DNA from: an uncultured bacterium
Lineage (GTDB): Bacteria; Patescibacteriota; Patescibacteriia; Magasanikbacterales; UBA922
Assembly (NCBI GenBank): GCA_937861125.1
Contig: CALMAY010000037.1
Coordinates: forward strand, 196,941-260,940
Length of the DNA stretch: 64,000 nucleotides
Direction of reading: 5' to 3'
The notes beneath the pieces were generated by a model, which saw only the letters and a list, made by a program, of their open reading frames with translations, had not been told where the DNA came from and ran no database searches. Shown here in pieces: positions 43,125 to 52,310 of this stretch. Each line of letters opens with the position of its first letter. Within the stretch, counting starts at the first letter, position 1. A program made the position numbers and the translations under genes.

Positions 43125-45953
43125 TTATTCTCCACGAAGCATGGTTTCAAATGCTCTATTTATGCGTATCCAATCAATCAGTGTTGGTGAGTTGGCACGT
43201 AATCGATAGCGGAGATCACGAATGGTTTGCGGCGGAAGATTTTGTATACCATTTGGATATTGCTGTGCAATTTTTTCTAGTGTGAGGCCAAGTCTTGAGT
43301 TGAGATAGTCAATTGATGGTCCGTTGTATTGGTACGGTGTTTGTTCACTGCGTGGTTGTTCTGCTTGGGTTGTTGGTGCGACTTGGTTTGGCTGAGGTGG
43401 GTTTTCTGGAGTAATTTCTTCCAAATCACTGTCATCGAGTTCTATGATATCATCATCGGATTCAGGAGTGGGTATGTTTGTTGGCGCTATTTCTGGTGGA
43501 CGTGGTACAGGTACTAGTGCTACGTGTGTTCGCTCAAGCGGAGCACGTACTGCATAGCGGCTGAGATTTGGGGCCGGTATTTCTATAGGGATACGACGAG
43601 GAGGAGTTTCATTGAGTGTGCTGAGGTCGCCAACTATTTGTGCTTTGTTTGCGATACGTTCAGCTGTCATTCTTCCACGTTCTCCTGCAATGACACGTGC
43701 GACACGGTCTGTGTTTTGTTGATCACCGCCGCGTTCTTCGATGTGTCTGAGTGCTCGTTGGACTTCAGGTGAGTCTACTCCTGTGGCTTCGGTGGAATGT
43801 TGTCTGTTGATGCGGGTTGGTGGTACATCTTCATGTTCGTGTTGTTGTGGTTCATCTCGAAAATCTCCTACCTCTTCGTCAGTAGACACCATTTCATTTT
43901 GTGGTGCTGTAGCTGTTGTTGTCTCGGCTATAAATCCTTCATCATCTGCAAAGTTCATCTCTGGTGCGAGCCTATTTGCATCAGGTGTATCCACTGTTTG
44001 GGCTATTTGTGCTGGACTTTCTGGTTCAGATTGTTCACTTCTTTTCTCTTTGCCTCCAAAAATACCAAACATTGCCGTGCCAGCGAGTGCAACTCCAGCA
44101 GCCCATTTACCAACATGTTTCCATAGAGGCTGTTTAACGGGTGCATTCGTAGGAATGATTTGGATTGCCTGACTTTCTCTGGTTGGCGGTTGTTGTGGTG
44201 TCGGTATATTTGACAACTTCTTTTGAAGTTGCTGAGCTTGTGTTTTTGGTACTATAGGAGCAACTGATGGTATCTCAATTCTTGTGACGTGGACAGTGAT
44301 ATTGTCTCCTTTGCCACTACTTTCCCGTGTGATCTTTGTACCATTTTTGGTTTTCATTTCATAGGAAACTCCTCTAGTAAGATTGTTTCGGTGATACGCG
44401 AGATGGAGTATCTCTTCTTGGAGTTGTGCTGGGTTATGGCTGTACTGTGCGACAAGGTCAGATAGTTCTGTTTCGCTTATCACATCACCTACACCGTCAC
44501 TAAAAAGTATAGCGACATCCCCAAAAGTACTTGGAACTTCGTGTGTATCTAGTTTAGTGACATTTTTGTCTGTTATTTGTTTAAAATGTGCCTCTCCTAC
44601 ATCACCTAAGGATGATCCGAGTGTATTGAGTACAGTGCTTTGTTCTTTGCTAGGCCGTAATAATGAGAGTTCTGTATCTCCGTTTGTGTGGGCAGCAGCT
44701 AAATTTTGCATCTCTGTGGCTGCCTTTAATGTGCCGTCTTGGGAAAATAAGAGTGCGCGAGTATCTCCCGCACCTACCATTTCAATCATTCTTGTTTTCT
44801 TGTCAATTCGGATGGCTGCACCGCATGCGTATCCCCGTTTGTTTGGATCTGTTTCGTCTTTCCATGCATCATGACTGAGAATTTCACCAGAAACGGCGTT
44901 TACTATATCTGTCAATGATGTGTGGGTACCATTATTTGTCTGTTGCACAAAGGAACCGATACCAACTTCAGCAGCGACATATCCAGGGTGTGTTACGCCA
45001 GACTTACTACCAGAGTCACTGGACCCATCAATAAGAAAAGCAGAGTAGTTACCCTCTGGGTCAACGAGTGTAACGTATGCATCTTCGTTGCGTTTATTTG
45101 GTAATTTATTTGCTGGGCCACCAGCGGTAGTTTCTCCTACATAGGAAACAAAACCGGGGATTTCTCCTGTAGTTCTTCGTGCACCTCTATTGGCTTCTGT
45201 TTCAGCTGTGTTTAGTGGCCAGAGTACAATGCTATAGTCGTATGGGTTTCGTATAGGCTCTGTTTCTGTGAGGGGTGGGGGCGTTTCACTGCCCTGTGTC
45301 GGTTGGTTTGTATCATTCTGTAGTTCTGCAAGTAAACGAGCAACATCATCTGATGGTTTTGCTATTTCTCTCTCTTCTGCGACAAGTGTTTTGCCTACAT
45401 GCACTCCGTCTCCTGTTGTTTTTGCTGATTTCCTTGCAATGTTATCTCTTATGTCTTGTAGTATTTTTATTTTTCTTTTTATTTCTTCTGTGCTATCACT
45501 TCTTGGTCTAACTGTTGAGAGGGGCTGGGTACTTTTTGTTGTAGAGGAGGGTGGTGTAGTTTGTTCTTCTGTGGAGGCAGCTGGTTCGTCTGGGCCTACG
45601 TTAATGGTTGGCAGGCCGTGAGGAGTGGTGCGTTGACGTGGTGGTGTGGTTGTAGGTTTTGTTGGGACAACTTTAGAGCTATCTCGTATTTGTCTTGGTA
45701 GTTGTGCAGTAACTGGTTCAAAATCGGTCGCATCCACGTCTTCTACTACAATAGGAAGATCAGGTTCGTCGTCATCTTTATCAGTATCATCTGTAACTGA
45801 AATAATTTCAAAATCACCCGGTTCCAATTCAGTAACTTCAGGTTCAATCGGTATTGCTGCACGTAGTTTTGCATCACGCTGATCACGCAATGCTTTTGCT
45901 TCAGCTTCTATGCGTGCCCTTCTTTGTTCTGGTGAATGTGTTTCTGATGCCAT
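43125..45953 (-). CDS. Large membrane protein with a PP2C-like Ser/Thr phosphatase domain flanked by long low-complexity regions (942 aa)
   Basis: KRNEDAY, LIDGSSDSG, GAGDTRALLF, ILFSDGVGDV and GKGDNITVHV follow the order of PP2C motifs (nt about 44277-45158). One TM segment, WAAGVALAGTAMFGIFGG (44055-44117). Start trimmed to MASETH (45953). Confidence 0.65.
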   Translation of the reverse strand: MASETHSPEQRRARIEAEAKALRDQRDAKLRAAIPIEPEVTELEPGDFEIISVTDDTDKDDDEPDLPIVVEDVDATDFEPVTAQLPRQIRDSSKVVPTKPTTTPPRQRTTPHGLPTINVGPDEPAASTEEQTTPPSSTTKSTQPLSTVRPRSDSTEEIKRKIKILQDIRDNIARKSAKTTGDGVHVGKTLVAEEREIAKPSDDVARLLAELQNDTNQPTQGSETPPPLTETEPIRNPYDYSIVLWPLNTAETEANRGARRTTGEIPGFVSYVGETTAGGPANKLPNKRNEDAYVTLVDPEGNYSAFLIDGSSDSGSKSGVTHPGYVAAEVGIGSFVQQTNNGTHTSLTDIVNAVSGEILSHDAWKDETDPNKRGYACGAAIRIDKKTRMIEMVGAGDTRALLFSQDGTLKAATEMQNLAAAHTNGDTELSLLRPSKEQSTVLNTLGSSLGDVGEAHFKQITDKNVTKLDTHEVPSTFGDVAILFSDGVGDVISETELSDLVAQYSHNPAQLQEEILHLAYHRNNLTRGVSYEMKTKNGTKITRESSGKGDNITVHVTRIEIPSVAPIVPKTQAQQLQKKLSNIPTPQQPPTRESQAIQIIPTNAPVKQPLWKHVGKWAAGVALAGTAMFGIFGGKEKRSEQSEPESPAQIAQTVDTPDANRLAPEMNFADDEGFIAETTTATAPQNEMVSTDEEVGDFRDEPQQHEHEDVPPTRINRQHSTEATGVDSPEVQRALRHIEERGGDQQNTDRVARVIAGERGRMTAERIANKAQIVGDLSTLNETPPRRIPIEIPAPNLSRYAVRAPLERTHVALVPVPRPPEIAPTNIPTPESDDDIIELDDSDLEEITPENPPQPNQVAPTTQAEQPRSEQTPYQYNGPSIDYLNSRLGLTLEKIAQQYPNGIQNLPPQTIRDLRYRLRANSPTLIDWIRINRAFETMLRGE

Positions 45954-46039
45954 AAATATATGGAAAAAAAGATAGAGATAGTATACTAAAAAACAGGCAC
46001 GTATACAATAAAATACGGTTGTTGTCAATATATACGCCG

Positions 46040-46068
46040 TTGTATCTATTGCTGCTTTTTCGTATACT
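46040..46068 (+). promoter_or_regulatory. miaA promoter (TTGTAT-17-TATACT), with the -10 ending 8 nt before the ATG
   Basis: ttgtat ctattgctgctttttcg tatact atggtcgt ATG. Confidence 0.45.
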
Positions 46069-46076
46069 ATGGTCGT

Positions 46077-47006
46077 ATGATTCAAAATGTACCAAAATTG
46101 ATTGTCCTGTGTGGTCCGACTGGGAGTGGAAAAACTGATCTTTCTCTTCGTTTGGCGAAACGATTTGGTGGTGCTATTGTTTCTGCTGATTCACGACAGC
46201 TCTACAAAGAGATGACGATAGGGACGGCCAAGCCTATCGGGAGGTGGCAGTGGCGAGGATTTCGTCGTGTGTACATAGTGGAAGGAATCGAGCATTACAA
46301 TCTTGATTGGTTGAGTCCAAAAAAGGTGTTTAGTGCTGCTGAGTTCAAGATGCGAGCACGCAAGTGGATCGGCCGTGTTTTGAAACAGAAACAAGTACCG
46401 TTTGTGGTCGGCGGAACTGGATTATATATTGATGCGTTGGTAGATAATTTGTCTTTCCCAAAAGTGGTAGCGAATCAGAAATTACGAGATGAGTTTTCTC
46501 AGAAATCTTTGGAAGAGCTTTTGACTCAATTGAATGAAGTTGACCCAGAAGCCGGAGCAATGATTGATCGAAACAATCCTCGTCGTGTGATTCGTGCGCT
46601 TGAAGTGTCATTACTTTCTGGTACACCATTTTCTGCTCAGCGAATAAAAGGGGAAAAACTGTATGACGTGCTGTACTTAGGCGTTTCTGTGCCAAAAGAA
46701 GAGTTAGATCGTCGGTTAGATAGACGGATTGATATGATGATGGAGGGTTGCTTGGTAGAGGAGGTCAGAAAATTGGCGAAAAAATATCCGTTCAGTTTGC
46801 CAAGTATGAGTGGGATTGGATATAGAGAGTTTGAGGGGTTTGTAAAGGGAGAGGAAACATTGGAACAAGCGATCGTAAAACTCAAAACCGATACACGGCA
46901 GTATGCCAAGAGACAGATGACATGGTTCAAACGACGAAATGATATTGTGTGGTGTAAGGTGTATGAGGAGATGGAGGAGCGTGTCGCGGAGTTTTTGAAA
47001 AGGTGA
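46077..47006 (+). CDS. miaA: tRNA dimethylallyltransferase
   Basis: LIVLCGPTGSGKTDLSLRLAKRFGGAIVSADSRQLYKEMTIGTAKP. Confidence 0.9.
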   Translation: MIQNVPKLIVLCGPTGSGKTDLSLRLAKRFGGAIVSADSRQLYKEMTIGTAKPIGRWQWRGFRRVYIVEGIEHYNLDWLSPKKVFSAAEFKMRARKWIGRVLKQKQVPFVVGGTGLYIDALVDNLSFPKVVANQKLRDEFSQKSLEELLTQLNEVDPEAGAMIDRNNPRRVIRALEVSLLSGTPFSAQRIKGEKLYDVLYLGVSVPKEELDRRLDRRIDMMMEGCLVEEVRKLAKKYPFSLPSMSGIGYREFEGFVKGEETLEQAIVKLKTDTRQYAKRQMTWFKRRNDIVWCKVYEEMEERVAEFLKR

Positions 47007-47040
47007 TAGAATATGATAAAAGGACACAAATTAAAAATCT

Positions 47041-47112
47041 CAAGGATACAAACAAATAATACGTTAGGTTGTGTTGTATCTTGTATCTTTTTCTTTTGAA
47101 TTTTTCACTCGT
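47041..47112 (+). repeat. GATACAA/TTGTATC-family element ending at the ATG of the downstream gene
   Basis: caaggatacaaacaaat...gtgttgtatcttgtatctttttcttttgaatttttcactcgtATG. Confidence 0.65.
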
Positions 47113-47769
47113 ATGTCTCCAATCTCCTCTATTTTTTCTCGCGGTAACTTGAGTCGACCTGTTAGTAGTATTGGCAATATTTCTGGTACCAATAAAGCAG
47201 TGTCTTCAGCGCTGGGTGCTACGACTGCCAAGGCCTCTAGCTCTGTGTTTCATGAAGCATATTCTGCACAGCGTGGTTCTACCTCTATCTTTCATCCTGC
47301 TGGGTATGGACAATCAGGGACAACATCTATCACACATATTCAAAATGGTGATGTGGCAGCACAGACAAGTGATGATGCGATGCGTGATCAAATTCGTGAC
47401 GATGCACGATATCGCTATGCGAGAAAAATGATTCGCCAACGTCAAGAGCAAGAGGGTTCATATGAGGGAAGTGTATTGGGTCGATTTGGAACGGGTCGTG
47501 CTGCTGGGACAGCAAAAAAGTTTAAGAAAGGTCTCTTTAGTATGGTAAAGTCGATGCCGGGTAAATACAAAAATCTCAGTGCTGCAGATCAAAAATATTT
47601 TCGAGATTTGGTACGTCGGTATGCCAAAAGTTTGCCAACTGGATCTGGGTTTGATCTTCGTATGCGCAACAAGATGAAACGTGAAATATACAAAGATACT
47701 CAATCCTATAAAGTAAATAAGGTAGATAGAAAGGGATTTGAAGATTTGATTGATCAGCTTCCACGATAA
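47113..47769 (+). CDS. Hypothetical Ser/Gly-rich then basic protein
   Basis: Intact ORF with no recognisable domain. Its 3' end overlaps the convergent gene by 16 nt. Confidence 0.45.
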   Translation: MSPISSIFSRGNLSRPVSSIGNISGTNKAVSSALGATTAKASSSVFHEAYSAQRGSTSIFHPAGYGQSGTTSITHIQNGDVAAQTSDDAMRDQIRDDARYRYARKMIRQRQEQEGSYEGSVLGRFGTGRAAGTAKKFKKGLFSMVKSMPGKYKNLSAADQKYFRDLVRRYAKSLPTGSGFDLRMRNKMKREIYKDTQSYKVNKVDRKGFEDLIDQLPR

Positions 47770-48578
47770 GGTGAGAGGGTGCAGCATTTGGCTGCGCCAC
47801 CTGATTTGATATATTCAGCCATCTCGACAAAGAACGGTGTGTATCCGTTTTTTTGTAATTGTGTTGCGGTTTTTGGATTATGTGATGGGAGAATGATATG
47901 TTTTTGTATAGCGATTGCATTGCATGCAAACCGGTGCGCTTCTTCTTCTGACACCTCGATGAGCGTGCCGCCAAGTGCTTTGATATCATCAAAACTTTTT
48001 TTGGAAAATGCACCTGGATATATGAGGGCAGTGCTGTCATCAAGGGGGCAAAAACAGGTGTCGAGGTGGTAAAAGTGTGGATCAACAAGTTCTACTGGAA
48101 GTGTTGAAATCGGTTGCGTCTTTTCTATCCAATTGTATGTATTTTTTGTGCCACGAAATCCGGTACCGCCGATGAGGTGATTGCGAAAAAAAAGAGCGTC
48201 GCCCGCTCCTTCAAAATAATGTTTCTCTGGTGGTTGGATGACTGTATATCCTTCTTTTCCAAACAATTCTTGCCAGACTGATTCTTCTCTTTGGCGTTCT
48301 TTAAAACGAAAACGTGAGAGAATGAATGTGTCGTTGATGATGAGTCCTGCATTGGCAATAAAAACACTGTCAGGATAGAGATTTCCTGCAATTGGTTTGA
48401 CGTCCGTGCCAGCTTGGATAAGTGTATCACAGAGTATCTGCCATTGTTGTATAGCAACAGCTGTATCGATTTGGTTCGTGGTGTCCATCCATGTATTGAT
48501 TTCGTATGCGAGTGTAAATGAGGTGGGTGGACAGACGTAGATTGTGGGTTTTGTATGCATATATCTATAAAAAAACAT
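47754..48578 (-). CDS. Guanidino-group-modifying enzyme superfamily protein (DDAH/amidinotransferase-like)
   Basis: FYHLDTCFCPL and the C-terminal GGAAKCCTL (catalytic Cys context) are typical of the amidinotransferase/DDAH fold. The size is too small for arginine deiminase. Confidence 0.6.
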   Translation of the reverse strand: MFFYRYMHTKPTIYVCPPTSFTLAYEINTWMDTTNQIDTAVAIQQWQILCDTLIQAGTDVKPIAGNLYPDSVFIANAGLIINDTFILSRFRFKERQREESVWQELFGKEGYTVIQPPEKHYFEGAGDALFFRNHLIGGTGFRGTKNTYNWIEKTQPISTLPVELVDPHFYHLDTCFCPLDDSTALIYPGAFSKKSFDDIKALGGTLIEVSEEEAHRFACNAIAIQKHIILPSHNPKTATQLQKNGYTPFFVEMAEYIKSGGAAKCCTLSPYRGS

Positions 48579-48759
48579 CCCGCATGTCGGGATGTTATCT
48601 CAAAAATAAAGTGTTGAAGTTGTGGAGTTGTTTGAGCATATTAGAAAGTATAGTACACCGATTTAAAATGGTTGTAAAGGGTATGTAATTTCGTCCTATA
48701 TTGCATGCTGTTCTGTGTATATTGTATATTGTATCTATATCTGTGTAATCAATGTTTTT

Positions 48760-49488
48760 ATGTCAGGTCATAGCAAATGGCACAATATTGCCGCTCGAAA
48801 AGGAAAACAAGATAAGCTGCGTTCTAATATATTTACCAAACTGTGTAAGGCGGTGACGGTAGCAGCACGTGAAGGTGGGGGAGATCCTGATACCAACGTG
48901 AGTCTGCGTGTCGCAATCGAAAAAGCTAAAGAGGCGAGTGTCCCAAAGGATAATATTGAACGTGCAGTCAAGCGTGGGACGGGGGATATCAAAGATGGGG
49001 CTGACATCGTCGAGCTCCTCTATGAAGGATATGCACCAGGTGGTGTGGCAGTATTGGTAGAGGCAATGACGGATAATGTGACACGTACTGCGGGGGATAT
49101 GAAACATCTCTTTAATAAATATGGTGGGTCTTTGGGTGCTCCCGGAGCGGTTCAGTGGCAGTTTCAACGTCTCGGCGTGATTCGCCTCGACAGAGAGCAA
49201 GGATCAGTGATCAGGGATCAGGAAAAAGAATTGCTATTGATGGATGCTGGGATGGGTGATCTCATTGAGAGTGAATATGGTGTAGAAATTCGTTGTTCAA
49301 TTCCTGCATTTCAAAAAGTGATGGAGGTGGTACAATCATTTGGTGTGACGACAGAAAGTGCTGGATTTGAGTGGATTGCCAAAGATACTGTGCCTGTGTC
49401 AGCAGAAGTATCTGAGCAGGTAGCGACGTTTGTCGAAGCACTTGATGAGCTCGATGATGTGAAAGAAGTGTTTACTAATGAAAATTAA
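48760..49488 (+). CDS. yebC: YebC/PmpR-family transcriptional regulator
   Basis: MSGHSKWHNIAARKGKQDKLRSNIFTKL. Confidence 0.9.
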   Translation: MSGHSKWHNIAARKGKQDKLRSNIFTKLCKAVTVAAREGGGDPDTNVSLRVAIEKAKEASVPKDNIERAVKRGTGDIKDGADIVELLYEGYAPGGVAVLVEAMTDNVTRTAGDMKHLFNKYGGSLGAPGAVQWQFQRLGVIRLDREQGSVIRDQEKELLLMDAGMGDLIESEYGVEIRCSIPAFQKVMEVVQSFGVTTESAGFEWIAKDTVPVSAEVSEQVATFVEALDELDDVKEVFTNEN

Positions 49489-49535
49489 AAGATACAAGAA
49501 ACAAGATACAAATTATCTTGGTGTTTGTCCGTCGC
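49476..49535 (-). repeat. GATACAA/TTGTATC-family element (minus orientation) overlapping the yebC stop codon
   Basis: Minus strand reads acaaacaccaagataatttgtatcttgtttcttgtatcttttaattttcat. This shares acaaacaccaaga, cttgtatctt and ttaattttcat with the 35829-35912 copy. Confidence 0.6.
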
Positions 49536-49582
49536 GAGACTGGATAATGCTGTGGCAAAATATCTTAGTGTTTTGAAGTTTT

Positions 49583-50053
49583 ATGAGAATACTCGGTATC
49601 GATCCCGGCTATGGCCGCATGGGTTGGGGAGTGATAGAGGGAAACAAAAACGGGTGGAAACTCGTCTCTTCAGGGTGTCTGGAAACCAAGGCGTCAACGC
49701 CGTTTCTTAAACGTTTGCAGGAGTTGCGTAATTGTTTGCAGCATGTAATAAAAACATACAAACCAGATCGTGCAGGTGTCGAGCAATTATTTTTTGCCAA
49801 AAATGCCAAGACGGCGATGGATGTGGGGCAGGCACGTGGCGTGATTCTTGTTACACTTTTTGATGCAGGACTGCCGATTACTGAAGCGACACCGATGCAG
49901 GTGAAACAGTCAGTGGTAGGGTATGGTAAGGCGGATAAATTACAGATACAACACATGGTCGCATTGCAGTTGGGTTTGAAAAATAAAAAAATGCAGGATG
50001 ATATGGCGGATGCATTGGCGATTGCGTTGACGGTGGGATTTATTTCACGGTAG
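49583..50053 (+). CDS. ruvC: Crossover junction endodeoxyribonuclease RuvC
   Basis: MRILGIDPGYGRMGWGVIE...QVKQSVVGYGKADKLQIQHMV...DMADALAIAL. Confidence 0.88.
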   Translation: MRILGIDPGYGRMGWGVIEGNKNGWKLVSSGCLETKASTPFLKRLQELRNCLQHVIKTYKPDRAGVEQLFFAKNAKTAMDVGQARGVILVTLFDAGLPITEATPMQVKQSVVGYGKADKLQIQHMVALQLGLKNKKMQDDMADALAIALTVGFISR

Positions 50054-50100
50054 TTATCGGTTTGCATATATGATACTCGATCCACTATAGTAACTGACAT

Positions 50101-52152
50101 ATGGAACGAAATTCACAATATCTTGTTGAAAAATACCCCGACCTTGCTGGTTCAAAACCAGTAGAGGCGGCAGTTACAAAAAGTATTGCTAGTGGTGAAA
50201 AAGGACCAAATACCAGAGTAGACCGAGTCGAGCGATACCTCGCTCGTCTGGAGGCAATCACCAAAAAGAAAGACGGACAAACACCAGCCGAACGCGGTGC
50301 CTTGTTTGCGTACGATCGAACTGAAGAAGTAGACGAAACGCCCGATCATACGGCCCAGCAACATGCACAGCATCCAGAACGTACTGCAGAATACCTCAAA
50401 GACCGTATCCTCAAAGAATACTGTCTCGACACGACAGACAAAGTCACAGTAGAAGCAGTTATTCGTAGTTTGTATGAATCCGAAAAACAGACTGCCAGAG
50501 ACAATGGTCATGGTGCACAAGTGCGACAGTTGGAAACACTGCGTCCACAGGATATATACACCAAATATCATGATTTGGTATTGAAAAAAGCCAAAAAACA
50601 ACAAGAATCACTTAGTGATTGGTTGGATTACCTCAATCAAAATCAGGCGTTTTACCCCATGTGGTTCCAATACTTCGTCGTCCGTGAGCTCAAAAAAATG
50701 GGTAATATTGACACCGATCATTTCACATACACACGTCGGAGTAAAAATACCGCTGTACCATTTCCAGATCTTGATCCTGAGGCACTTGCTTGGGTGTTTA
50801 AACGTATCACAAACAAAGATGGCGAAAGTATACCATCAGATTGGTATGTCCCACGCGATGAGACAGTTGCTACTCATCGAGATGTCCTTGTACGAGCACT
50901 CGATAAAAAAGACTTCGCCTCTCTCTACGCTATAGCTACTCTTGAAACCGCAGGTGAAGCCAACAAAGAAACCATTGACGGTGAGTGGCGAACCTACAAA
51001 CAAGGCAGCGATCCTAGTATTCTCGAAGCAGATTTACGAAACAAAAAAACCAGCTGGTGCACTGCCGAAGGATCAGCACCAGGCTATCTCCAAAGAGGGG
51101 ATGCGTATGTATACTACACTAAAACAGAATCAGGATATACTCAACCACGCTTGGCAATTCATATGAGTAATGGCGAAGTGTCTGATGTACAAGGAATACA
51201 AGGTGGAAAGAAGCAAGAAATAGAACCTGTACTTTTGGATATTGCCAAAGCTAAATATGAATCCCTACCAGGCGGCGACAAGTTTGCTAAAAAAGGCAGA
51301 GACATGAAACAGATGACCTCCATCTACAGCCAATATGACCCAGAAACTAAACAGTGGAAACGTCCGCTCACTAAAGATGAACTGGTATTTCTCTATGAAA
51401 TAGAAGATAAGATTGTTGGTTTTGATCAGTTTGGCGGTAAAGATGAACGAGTGGATGAACTCCGAGCTGCTCGCAAAGACGCCAGCCTGCTTGAAGCAGA
51501 TATGCTTACTATCTTTGACTGCGAACCAAATCAAATAGCATTTTCCAAAGAACAGATAATAAAGAACAAAGAGCAAAACATTGAAACCAAGGCATACGTC
51601 GGATCACTTTACCCCAACATCTTCATCGATCTAGAAGACGTCGAACACATCTACATCAGTTTTCCCGAACGCAGAGTACGAAAAGAACAAATTACGCACG
51701 GTAACAAAACAGCAGGTCAGCTTGTAGTTGATATGGCACAGCTCGGATTTAGGTTTTGTGGACTTGCCAAAAAGATGATGTATCACAAAGACTTCACTAT
51801 ACCCAAACAAGAAATAAAAACTGAATTTGTCCGCCTTACTGTCCGCGATCTCTTTGGTGATGCCAATACCCACACCACCGAACAAATATGGAACAAAGCC
51901 AAAGAACTTGGTCTTGGTCTGTGTCCGTTAGATTTCGGCCCCCATTATCGCCTGCGATATGTCGATCAGCCAATGGATGAACGGCTGGTGATTGCTATGG
52001 ATCCAGTCATAGTGGAACATGTTCCGTTCATTTTTGGTCTCCATTGCAATGCCAATAATTTGGATCTCATCAGCTTCGTGGGCGCGCCGCAATTCAATTG
52101 GGATTCTGACAGAGAGTTCGTCTTCACTATTCGTTCGTCTTTCAGTAAGTAG
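50101..52152 (+). CDS. Large hypothetical protein (683 aa), no domain recognised with confidence
   Basis: Intact ORF with backbone-like composition. Only a weak resemblance to PcfJ-like Cys/Tyr/Gln-Gly segments (SWCTAEGSAPGYLQRGDAYVYY...VQGIQGG). Confidence 0.55.
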   Translation: MERNSQYLVEKYPDLAGSKPVEAAVTKSIASGEKGPNTRVDRVERYLARLEAITKKKDGQTPAERGALFAYDRTEEVDETPDHTAQQHAQHPERTAEYLKDRILKEYCLDTTDKVTVEAVIRSLYESEKQTARDNGHGAQVRQLETLRPQDIYTKYHDLVLKKAKKQQESLSDWLDYLNQNQAFYPMWFQYFVVRELKKMGNIDTDHFTYTRRSKNTAVPFPDLDPEALAWVFKRITNKDGESIPSDWYVPRDETVATHRDVLVRALDKKDFASLYAIATLETAGEANKETIDGEWRTYKQGSDPSILEADLRNKKTSWCTAEGSAPGYLQRGDAYVYYTKTESGYTQPRLAIHMSNGEVSDVQGIQGGKKQEIEPVLLDIAKAKYESLPGGDKFAKKGRDMKQMTSIYSQYDPETKQWKRPLTKDELVFLYEIEDKIVGFDQFGGKDERVDELRAARKDASLLEADMLTIFDCEPNQIAFSKEQIIKNKEQNIETKAYVGSLYPNIFIDLEDVEHIYISFPERRVRKEQITHGNKTAGQLVVDMAQLGFRFCGLAKKMMYHKDFTIPKQEIKTEFVRLTVRDLFGDANTHTTEQIWNKAKELGLGLCPLDFGPHYRLRYVDQPMDERLVIAMDPVIVEHVPFIFGLHCNANNLDLISFVGAPQFNWDSDREFVFTIRSSFSK

Positions 52153-52310
52153 TATTTTGTTTTGTTCTTTTGATGTCGTTATAGTTTGATACTTTGACTT
52201 TTTTATACTTTAGATTGTTGCTGGTCATTATCAATATATAATTTAATCTACACAAAACACAAAAAAAAGAGTATACTAGAGTGGTAATTCCACTCTTTAT
52301 GTTTTTTTCT

